Source: Halomicronema hongdechloris C2206
GTDB taxonomy: Bacteria > Cyanobacteriota > Cyanobacteriia > Phormidesmidales > Phormidesmidaceae
NCBI RefSeq assembly: GCF_002075285.3
Contig: NZ_CP021983.2
Coordinates: forward strand, 2,130,001-2,162,000
Length of the DNA stretch: 32,000 nucleotides
Direction of reading: 5' to 3'
The position numbers and the translations under genes are program-made. Each line of letters starts with the position of its first letter. Within the stretch, counting starts at the first letter, position 1. This document shows positions 25,133-32,000 of this stretch, piece after piece. The notes beneath the pieces were generated by a model. That model did not search any database and was not told the DNA's origin. It worked only from the letters and a program-made list of their open reading frames with translations.

Positions 25133-26314
25133 ATGAGTGACCCCCCTATTTTTGAACCTCCCGATAGCTCAACAGAAGCCCAACGCTCCCTGTCGCAGGA
25201 AGCCCAGCTGCCCTTAACCGGCTGGCAACAGGAAGTCGACCGGGGCCTAGAATATGGCCTGGAGGCTGCCGCCAGCATCCAAGACCGTAGCATCTCCACC
25301 TTCTCCCGGGGGGAACTGCCCCATTTCGCCGGCATCAATACCTTCCTTAAGGCTCCCTATCTAGAAGATGTACGCCAAGTGGGCAACTACGATGCCGCCA
25401 TCGTCGGCGTGCCCCACGACTCCGGCACCACTTACCGCCCCGGCACTCGCTTTGGCCCCCAGGGGATTCGCCGCATTTCCGCCCTCTATACCCCTTACAA
25501 CTTCGAACTAGGTGTCGATCTGCGGGAGCAAATCACCCTCTGCGACGTGGGCGATATTTTCACCATTCCGGCCAACAACGAGAAGTCCTTCGATCAGATT
25601 TCCAAGGGCATCGCCCACATCTTCAGTGCCGGTGTCTTCCCCATCGTTTTGGGGGGCGATCACTCCATCGGCTTTCCCACCGTGCGCGGCATCTGTCGCC
25701 ACCTGGGAGACAAAAAGGTCGGCATCATCCACTTCGACCGTCATGTGGATACCCAAGAAACCGACTTGGATGAGCGCATGCACACCTGTCCTTGGTTCCA
25801 CGCCACCAATATGGCCAATGCCCCGGCTAAAAATCTGGTGCAACTGGGCATCGGCGGTTGGCAGGTGCCCCGCCAGGGCGTGAAGGTGTGCCGGGAACGA
25901 GCCACCAATATCCTCACCGTGACCGATATCACAGAGATGGGGTTGGACAACGCCGCCACCTTCGCCCTAGAGCATGCCCTCGACGGCACCGACTGTGTCT
26001 GGATTAGCTTCGACATCGACTGCATCGACGCTGGTTTTGTCCCCGGCACGGGCTGGCCAGAGCCTGGCGGACTGCTACCCCGGGAAGCCTTATATCTACT
26101 GAAGAAAATCGTCCAGAATGCCCCCGTCTGTGGCCTGGAAGTGGTGGAGGTGTCACCCCCCTACGACATCAGCGACATCACGGCCCTGATGGCGACTCGG
26201 GTCATCTGCGACACCATGGCTCATTTAGTCCTCTCAGGCCAGCTGCCCCGGACAGCGACTCCGGCCTATATCCAGGCCGACGCCAACCTCAATGTTGACC
26301 AGCAGTGGCGGTAA
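25133..26314 (+). CDS. gdmH: arginase/ureohydrolase-family protein, GdmH-like Ni-dependent guanidine hydrolase (often annotated agmatinase SpeB2)
   Basis: 393 aa from the ATG at 25133. Contains LGGDHSIGFP, HFDRHVDT, SFDIDCIDAGFVPGTGWPEPGG and GLEVVEVSPPYD. The context of a guanidine-I riboswitch upstream and hypA/hypB-like genes downstream mirrors Synechocystis sll1077-1079 as I recall. The track start at 24920 would read through the riboswitch. Confidence 0.8.
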   Translation: MSDPPIFEPPDSSTEAQRSLSQEAQLPLTGWQQEVDRGLEYGLEAAASIQDRSISTFSRGELPHFAGINTFLKAPYLEDVRQVGNYDAAIVGVPHDSGTTYRPGTRFGPQGIRRISALYTPYNFELGVDLREQITLCDVGDIFTIPANNEKSFDQISKGIAHIFSAGVFPIVLGGDHSIGFPTVRGICRHLGDKKVGIIHFDRHVDTQETDLDERMHTCPWFHATNMANAPAKNLVQLGIGGWQVPRQGVKVCRERATNILTVTDITEMGLDNAATFALEHALDGTDCVWISFDIDCIDAGFVPGTGWPEPGGLLPREALYLLKKIVQNAPVCGLEVVEVSPPYDISDITALMATRVICDTMAHLVLSGQLPRTATPAYIQADANLNVDQQWR

Positions 26315-26317
26315 CCC

Positions 26318-26689
26318 ATGCACGAAACGGACATGACTAAGGCCCTGATTCTGACCGTGCGTGACTGGTGGCAATCCCAACCGCAGCGCCAGGCCATCGC
26401 CAAAATTCATCTGAGCGTGGGCCAGTTTACCTGTGTGGAACCAGCCAGTCTGCAGTTTGCCTTCCAGGTGCAAACCCACGGCACCTGGTTGGCCGAGGCC
26501 GAGTTAGTGATTCAAGAGACGCCCCTGATCGCCTTCTGCCATCCCTGTCAGAGCGAGTACACTCCGGAAATCGGTCACCACTACGCCTGCCCCATCTGTC
26601 ACGCCCCCATGGAGGATATTCGCTCCGGTCGAGAGCTTAAAATCGACCGGGTGGAATACGCCTCGCCTACCCCTACTGCCACCCCGTGA
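26318..26689 (+). CDS. hypA: HypA-family nickel metallochaperone (GhaA-like accessory protein)
   Basis: Has the MHE N-terminal Ni-binding motif and the Zn site CHPC...CPIC. It starts 3 nt after the hydrolase stop. Confidence 0.85.
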   Translation: MHETDMTKALILTVRDWWQSQPQRQAIAKIHLSVGQFTCVEPASLQFAFQVQTHGTWLAEAELVIQETPLIAFCHPCQSEYTPEIGHHYACPICHAPMEDIRSGRELKIDRVEYASPTPTATP

Positions 26690-26695
26690 TCTGCC

Positions 26696-27386
26696 ATGCA
26701 TCAACCCCTTGACGACGCCCTCGGCATTAACCTGCTCCACGCCAATCAAGCTGGTGCCGACCATAATCGGGCCCATTTGGACCAATGGGGCATGACCTGC
26801 CTCAATCTGATGAGCGGCCCCGGTGCCGGTAAAACTGCCTTGCTAGAGCAAACCCTGGCCCAGCTCAGCCCTGAGCTCTCTATAGCCGTGGTTGAAGGAG
26901 ACATGACCACCGAACTCGATGCCGATCGGCTGCGGCAGTACGGCGTCCCCGTGATTGCCATCAATACCGGCCGGGCCTGCCACTTAGATGCCCGCATGGT
27001 GGCAGGAGGGCTGCATCAATTGGCTGAGCTCCATAGCCCCAATGACATTGACCTGTTGGTGGTGGAGAACGTGGGCAATCTCGTCTGTCCGGCTGAGTTT
27101 GAGGTGGGGGAACACGCCAAGGTAGCGCTGCTCAGCGTCACCGAAGGGGCTGATAAACCCCTGAAATACCCGGTCATGTTTCGGGAAGCCGATGTGCTGC
27201 TGATTACCAAGATTGATTTGCCCCCTATCTAGATGTGGATCTGGCTGAGATGGAGGCCAATGTGCGGCAGGTGAATCCTGGGTTGCCGTCATGCCTCTGT
27301 CGGCCAAGACCGGGCAAGGGTTAGCCCCCTGGTTGATGTGGCTGCGGCAGATAGTCAAGGCCCGGGCTCAGACCGTTGCCGTTTAA
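26696..27386 (+). pseudogene. hypB: HypB-family Ni-binding GTPase (GhaB-like), 2 frameshifts near the C-terminus as assembled
   Basis: Contains [24 protein letters not shown] and ITKIDL. After 27221 the expected [22 protein letters not shown] and then VMPLSAKTGQGLAPWLMWLRQIV are found in the other two frames. Breaks are at C5 (27221-27225) and ~27285-27290, with the stop at 27384-27386. Confidence 0.8.
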
Positions 27387-27419
27387 CACCCAGCCGTTAG
27401 CGCAAAGCAAGGAGGAGCA

Positions 27420-28469
27420 ATGCAACGACGCACCCTATTACCCCTACTCATGGCCTTCATCGGCGCCCTGTTGATTAGCGTCAGCTGCGCCCAATCAGGC
27501 CCGCAAACGACGGAGACGCCCACGGAGGAGACGCCCGCCGCCGAGACCGCTGCCCCCATCAAGATGGGCTACAGCAGTTGGGCCGGTTGGTGGCCCTGGG
27601 CCATTGCCGAGCAGGAGGGCCTATTCGAGAAGCATGGGGCCAATGTGGAGCTGATCTGGTTTGACGGCTATTTAGAGTCGATGCAGGCCCTGGCTTCTGG
27701 GCAATTGGATGCCAATTGCCAGACCCTAAATGACACCATTTCCTTTGCCGCCGATGCCGTCAACGGGGAAGTGGCAGTGCTCGTGAATGACAACTCCGCC
27801 GGGAACGACAAGGTGATCGTGGCTGCGGAGATTAACACCATCGAGGATCTCAGCGGCAAGACCGTTGCCCTGGAGGAAGGGGTTGTCGGTGACTTTCTGC
27901 TCACCCTGGCCCTGGAAGATGCTGGCATGAGTCGGGAAGATGTCACCATCAAAAACCTGGAGACTGGTGCCGCTGCCACTGCCTTCGCCGCCGGGCAGAC
28001 CGATGCCTTCGCCGGTTGGGTACCTTTTTGGGAAACGGCCCTGACCCGAGCAGGCAGTAAAGAGCTGTTGAGTTCGGCGGCATACCCCGGTGCTATCCCG
28101 GACCTGTTGGTGACTAGCCAGACCCTGATTGATGAGCAACCAGAGCAGGTGCAGGCCCTGGTGAATACTTGGTTTGATGTCCTGGCTTTCATGGCAGACA
28201 ACCCAGACCAGGCCAACGCCATCATGGCTAAGCGGGCCAATGTGGAGGACGACCAGTTTCAGAAGTACCTAGACGGCACCCGTTTCTTCACCCTAGAGGA
28301 GAACTTGGAGGCCTTCAGTGCCGGCGGCGAGGAGATGAAATATATGCCCTATGCCGCCGAACGCATGGCCGAGTTCATGGTGGAGGTCGGGTTTATCCCT
28401 GAGACTCCTGAGCTTGAGCCCATTCTGGATGATCAGTTCCTGCAGACCTATGCCAAGGCTCAGGCGTGA
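27420..28469 (+). CDS. ABC transporter substrate-binding lipoprotein, NitT/TauT (NMT1-like) family; probable guanidine-binding component
   Basis: 349 aa with GGAGG upstream of the ATG. It has a signal peptide with a Cys (LLISVSCAQSG) and the IKMGYSSWAGWWPW pattern typical of NitT/TauT substrate-binding proteins. Confidence 0.8.
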   Translation: MQRRTLLPLLMAFIGALLISVSCAQSGPQTTETPTEETPAAETAAPIKMGYSSWAGWWPWAIAEQEGLFEKHGANVELIWFDGYLESMQALASGQLDANCQTLNDTISFAADAVNGEVAVLVNDNSAGNDKVIVAAEINTIEDLSGKTVALEEGVVGDFLLTLALEDAGMSREDVTIKNLETGAAATAFAAGQTDAFAGWVPFWETALTRAGSKELLSSAAYPGAIPDLLVTSQTLIDEQPEQVQALVNTWFDVLAFMADNPDQANAIMAKRANVEDDQFQKYLDGTRFFTLEENLEAFSAGGEEMKYMPYAAERMAEFMVEVGFIPETPELEPILDDQFLQTYAKAQA

Positions 28470-28645
28470 AACGGGCATAGAGTTGTCCCGAGGGTGAGGA
28501 CTAGGAGCTAACGCACCGTCAATCCCCCTGGCTCTCGAGCTTGCCTGCCACTCCCCAGCCTATGCAACCTCGCCCGGTTGTCCCGTGATGTTATTTACCT
28601 AACCTCCCTTGGCAAATATTCCCCGTCGTCTCCCAGACCTTTGCA

Positions 28646-29491
28646 ATGTCTTCTGTTGCCCGGAATGCTCCGCCATCCATGACCACTACCGATCGCAGCC
28701 TGCAGCCCACCGTCTTCTGGCGTTTAGCCGAAGGTATTCCCCCAGGACTGAGCTGGTTGCTGATGGCCCTGTCGGTGCTGGTCCCGCTGTTGGCCTGGTT
28801 TTTGTTGTCTAACGCCGGGGTGATCAGTCCCCGCTTTTTACCCACGCCTCAGATGGTGGTAACGGCCCTGGGACGACTCTGGCAGCAGGGCTATCTGGGC
28901 CAGGATACCTTCGCCAGCTTCTTTCGGGTAATGGTGGGATTTTTGCTGGCCGGGCTGGTGGCGATCCCGGTAGGCATTGCCATGGGGGCTTTTGCCAGTA
29001 TTCGAGCCCTATTTGAGCCGATTATCGGCATCGTTCGCTACATGCCAGCCCCGGCGTTTATTCCGCTGCTGATTATCTATTTGGGGTTGGGGGAAACTCC
29101 GAAGGTGGCGCTGATTTTCATCGGTACGGTGTTCTACAACATTCTGATGATTATGGATGCGGTCAAGTTCGTGCCCAAGGACCTGATCGAGAGTACCTAT
29201 ACCCTAGGGGGCAACCGCCGTCAGGTGCTGTTTCAGGTGATTGTGCCCTATGTGGTGCCGAATATGTTGGATACCTTCCGCATCAATGTCGCCACTTCGT
29301 GGAACCTAGTGGTGGTGGCGGAGCTGGTGGCGGCTGAGGTGGGCCTGGGCAAGCGCATTGCCATTGCCCAGAAGTTTTTCCAGACCGATGAGATCTTTGC
29401 CTGCTTACTGGTGTTGGGGGTGATCGGGTTTTTACTGGACCTGTCTCTGCGTCTGCTGCTGCAAACCACCTGTAGATGGGCCATTGATTGA
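28646..29491 (+). CDS. ABC transporter permease (NitT/TauT family)
   Basis: 281 aa with multiple transmembrane segments and an EAA-like loop (ESTYTLGGNRRQVLFQVIVPYVVP). Confidence 0.8.
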   Translation: MSSVARNAPPSMTTTDRSLQPTVFWRLAEGIPPGLSWLLMALSVLVPLLAWFLLSNAGVISPRFLPTPQMVVTALGRLWQQGYLGQDTFASFFRVMVGFLLAGLVAIPVGIAMGAFASIRALFEPIIGIVRYMPAPAFIPLLIIYLGLGETPKVALIFIGTVFYNILMIMDAVKFVPKDLIESTYTLGGNRRQVLFQVIVPYVVPNMLDTFRINVATSWNLVVVAELVAAEVGLGKRIAIAQKFFQTDEIFACLLVLGVIGFLLDLSLRLLLQTTCRWAID

Positions 29492-29494
29492 CAT

Positions 29495-30286
29495 ATGCAC
29501 TTAGACATTGCCCAGGTTCACAAGCAATTTGCCACCCGCGGTGGGCCGTTGGTGGCCTTGCAGGATATCACGATGCAGGTGGAGACGGGGGAGTTTGTCT
29601 GTGCCGTGGGGGCCTCGGGCTCGGGTAAATCTACCCTGTTGCGGCTGATTGCTGGGCTGGAGCGGCCCACCAGCGGCACCATCTCTGTCGATGGACGGGG
29701 TGTGACAGGGCCAGGAGCTGACCGAGGCATGGTGTTTCAGAGCTATACTCTCTACCCCTGGATGACGGTACAGAACAATGTGGAGTTTGGCCTCAAGTTG
29801 CGAGGAATCTCGGCCCGGGAGCGGCGACAACAGGCCTCCTACTATCTGGAGATGGTGGGGCTGGCCCCTTTTGCCCGGGCACTGCCTAAGGAACTCTCGG
29901 GGGGCATGAAGCAGCGGGTTGCGATCGCACGGGCCCTAGCCAACCAGCCCAAGATTCTACTGATGGATGAGCCCTTCGGGGCCCTGGACGTGCAGACCAA
30001 GGAGACCATGCAGCAGTTTTTGCTAGAGCTGTGGCAGCGTCTAGGCATCAGCATTTTGATGATTACCCACGATGTGGCCGAGGCGGTGTTCCTGAGCCAG
30101 CGCATCTATGTGTTATCGGCCAGCCCTGGCACCATCGCCCGAGAGTTGAGCATCGACCTGGGCCAACGGCGGGACTACGGCATCCGTCGCAGCTCCCAGT
30201 TTCATCACTACTGCGAAGACATCATGGACCTGCTGCGGCAATCCCAACGGGCCACCTTTGGAGTGCCCCAGTCGATAGGACCATGA
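29495..30286 (+). CDS. ABC transporter ATP-binding protein (NitT/TauT family)
   Basis: Walker A GASGSGKST, signature LSGGMKQRVAIARAL and Walker B ILLMDEPFGALD. Confidence 0.88.
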   Translation: MHLDIAQVHKQFATRGGPLVALQDITMQVETGEFVCAVGASGSGKSTLLRLIAGLERPTSGTISVDGRGVTGPGADRGMVFQSYTLYPWMTVQNNVEFGLKLRGISARERRQQASYYLEMVGLAPFARALPKELSGGMKQRVAIARALANQPKILLMDEPFGALDVQTKETMQQFLLELWQRLGISILMITHDVAEAVFLSQRIYVLSASPGTIARELSIDLGQRRDYGIRRSSQFHHYCEDIMDLLRQSQRATFGVPQSIGP

Positions 30287-31367
30287 CGGGTGCCGGTTGC
30301 CCCTGTCCCGATACTTTTTTACTGCCGGCCCATCACTACACCGATGCCGCCTGGATGCAGCCGGAGTGCGATCGCATCTTCCGCCGCAGCTGGCAGTACC
30401 TGCCCCAGGCCGCCCTGTTACAACCGCCCCACACCTGCCTGGGCCTTGAGGTGGCCGGTGCGCCCCTGGTGCTCACCCGTGATGGTCAGGGCCACCTACG
30501 TGCCTTCTACAACGTCTGTCCCCACCGGGCCGCCCTGCTCTGCCCCACCTCAGGTCCCCACACCCAGAAGCACCTGGTATGCCCCTACCATGGCTGGACC
30601 TACGACCTAACAGGCCAGCTGGTGGGCCTTCCCAGGGGCGATCGCTTCTCCCCAGAAGTCCAGCCGCAAGATTATCCCCTCACCCCAGTGCGGCTGGAGC
30701 CGTGGCAGGGATTCTGGTTCCTCTGCCTCGATTTCCAAGCCCCACCCCTAGTGGAAGTGCTACAGCCTATCCCCCAGTGGATCCGTCAGCACCGTCGTGC
30801 CGGCAGCCAACCCCTGGTGCACAAGACCTACAGCGTGGCCTGCAACTGGAAGGTCTATCACGACAATACCCTCTGTGACTATCACGTGGCCATCGCCCAT
30901 CGCACCACCCTGCATAAGCTGCAAGGGCCGGTGCACCACTACCGCCACCATTTCCATCACTACGTCAACTGCCTCTATACCCCGACTCCTGCGGCTTGGC
31001 GAGACCGGCATCCCCGCCTTGAGGGCCTGGATGATGAGGCCGGCCACGGCTTCTATACCTTTGGCATCTTTCCCAACCTGCACTTGCTGGCCATGCCCGA
31101 TGGCGTGCTGGCCTGGATTCAGATTACGCCTCTGGCCGTCGATCGCTGCCAAGTCAGCCTCGATATCCACGGCATCCCTGGCCTCAGTCCCGCGGCAGAG
31201 ACCCTATTAGCCGACTTTGAAGCCTTCATGGCCGAGGATATGGCCATCACCCGCGGCGGTGCAGCGTGGTTACAGCAGTGGCTGCCACCCGTCCCGGTCC
31301 CGTGAATCAGCTGGAAGCCCGGATCGTGCATCAGCAACGGCTGATCTGGCAAGCATTGGCAGGGTAG
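30283..31367 (+). pseudogene. Rieske [2Fe-2S] non-heme iron oxygenase alpha subunit, choline-monooxygenase-like clade; 2 frameshifts near the C-terminus as assembled
   Basis: The ATG at 30283 overlaps the TGA of the ATPase gene (ATGA). Rieske motif: CPHRAALLC...CPYHGWTY. Mononuclear iron motif: NWKVYHDNTLCDYHVAIAH. The C-terminal AAVQRGYSSG and NQLEARIVHQQRLIWQALAG are found in the other frames, with breaks at ~31248-31256 and ~31285-31302 and the stop at 31365-31367. Confidence 0.75.
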
Positions 31368-31373
31368 CCGGTT

Positions 31374-31406
31374 TTCTGCATTGGGCGCGGCAACCGCGCC
31401 CCTACC
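31374..31406 (+). repeat. REP-like palindromic element (GGCGCGG-N3-CCGCGCC hairpin), copy 2; possible operon terminator
   Basis: TTCTGCATTGGGCGCGGCAACCGCGCCCCTACC matches the reverse complement of 3660-3692 at 31 of 33 positions. It begins 7 nt after the corrected Rieske stop. Confidence 0.6.
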
Positions 31407-31500
31407 CTATTCCCTATTCCGTTCTCCGCCCTCCCTTCGACTGCGTTGCTCCTACGGAGCCGCTTCGCGAACAGGGCAAGCCGTTCTCCGTTTTCCTTTT

Positions 31501-31594
31501 CCCCATCACCCCATCCACCTATCCACTCGTTCACTCGTCACTCGTCACTCGTCACGGGAAGCCGCTACCGCGTCTACACCCCATCACCCCATCA
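31501..31594 (+). repeat. short tandem repeats in a polypyrimidine-rich spacer: (CCCCATCA)x2, (CACTCGT)x4, (CCCCATCA)x2
   Basis: CCCCATCACCCCATCC at 31501-31516. CACTCGT at 31524-31530 and then three perfect tandem copies at 31532-31552. CCCCATCACCCCATCA at ~31578-31593. In addition, CCCTATT x2 at ~31404-31417 and CCGTTCTCCG occurs twice (31419, 31481). Confidence 0.8.
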
Positions 31595-31655
31595 CTCATC
31601 CACCCCCTCCCCGATTCGGCACAATAAAGACAGCCTTGCTGCCATTTCCCAGCCC

Positions 31656-32000
31656 TATGTCCCAACCTGAGTCTTCTACGTCTAACAGCATTGCCCTCTG
31701 GTGGGATACCCTGAGACCGCTGTCGCAATTGCTTGCGATCGCATTGGCTGCACCCCTAATTTTGCTGAATGCCTGGGCCTTTTCCCAGATCTTCGCCTAC
31801 TTCCGCTCCCTCTTCATTGCTGTGGTTATTGCAGCCCTGCTGGCCTTCTTGCTCAACTACCCCATTAGCTGGCTACAGCAACGGGGACTGGGGCGTGGGG
31901 CGGCGGCCGTCGTAGTGTTTCTGGTGGCGTTGGTGGGCTTTTTGTTGCTAGGCATTACCGTACTGCCCCTGGTGATCAGCCAAGCCCAGCAACTGGTGGC
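31656..32000 (+). CDS. AI-2E family transporter (PerM/UPF0118), N-terminal 115 aa; continues beyond the right edge
   Basis: My own translation from the ATG at 31656 gives MSQPESSTSNSIALWWDTLRPLSQLLAIALAAPLILLNAWAFSQIFAYFRSLFIAVVIAALLAFLLNYPISWLQQRG..., typical of the AI-2E family N-terminus. The frame is open to the window end. Confidence 0.7.

Noticed and set aside
24886-25338. 150-aa minus-strand ORF opposite the riboswitch and the gdmH start.
   Set aside because: It is antisense to a structured RNA and a well-supported CDS, and its composition is not protein-like.
30031-30282. Upstream 84 codons of the long ORF containing the Rieske protein.
   Set aside because: This part overlaps the ABC ATPase gene in another frame and is Arg/Pro/His-rich nonsense. 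The ATG at 30283 forms an ATGA overlap with the ATPase stop and precedes the conserved N-terminus.

Overview
GC-rich cyanobacterial chromosomal segment. Supporting this: about 14 hand-counted copies of the HIP1 octamer GCGATCGC, a cp12 gene, Uma2-family genes and STRR-like heptamer repeats.

Gene content, left to right:
- The 5' part of a fatty acyl-AMP ligase gene, running off the left edge, with a 1.2-kb AT-rich upstream region full of palindromes.
- A frameshifted sucraseferredoxin-like gene.
- A secreted penicillin-acylase/AHL-acylase-like Ntn hydrolase.
- Two convergent Uma2 genes.
- tRNA-Ala(CGC), flanked by two broken copies of itself.
- A HAD hydrolase, a frameshifted methyltransferase, a carotenoid-isomerase remnant and a P/A/S/T-rich lipoprotein.
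- An EamA transporter, coaE, a PQQ-type sugar dehydrogenase and cp12.
- An SLC12-like transporter (frameshifted), vapBC and a LuxR-type HTH gene.
- An uncharacterised two-gene module, then cobQ.

The most notable region is 24.8-31.4 kb. A guanidine-I (ykkC) riboswitch sits in front of a tightly packed eight-gene operon:
- an arginase-family GdmH-like guanidine hydrolase;
- HypA/HypB-like Ni chaperones (GhaA/GhaB-like);
- a NitT/TauT-type ABC importer;
- a translationally coupled CMO-like Rieske oxygenase, whose link to guanidine metabolism is undescribed to my knowledge.

Caveat: I found at least 13 reading-frame breaks, mostly at homopolymer runs. This looks more like assembly indel error than mass pseudogenisation. 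All homology calls come from motif recognition by eye; no database searches were run.
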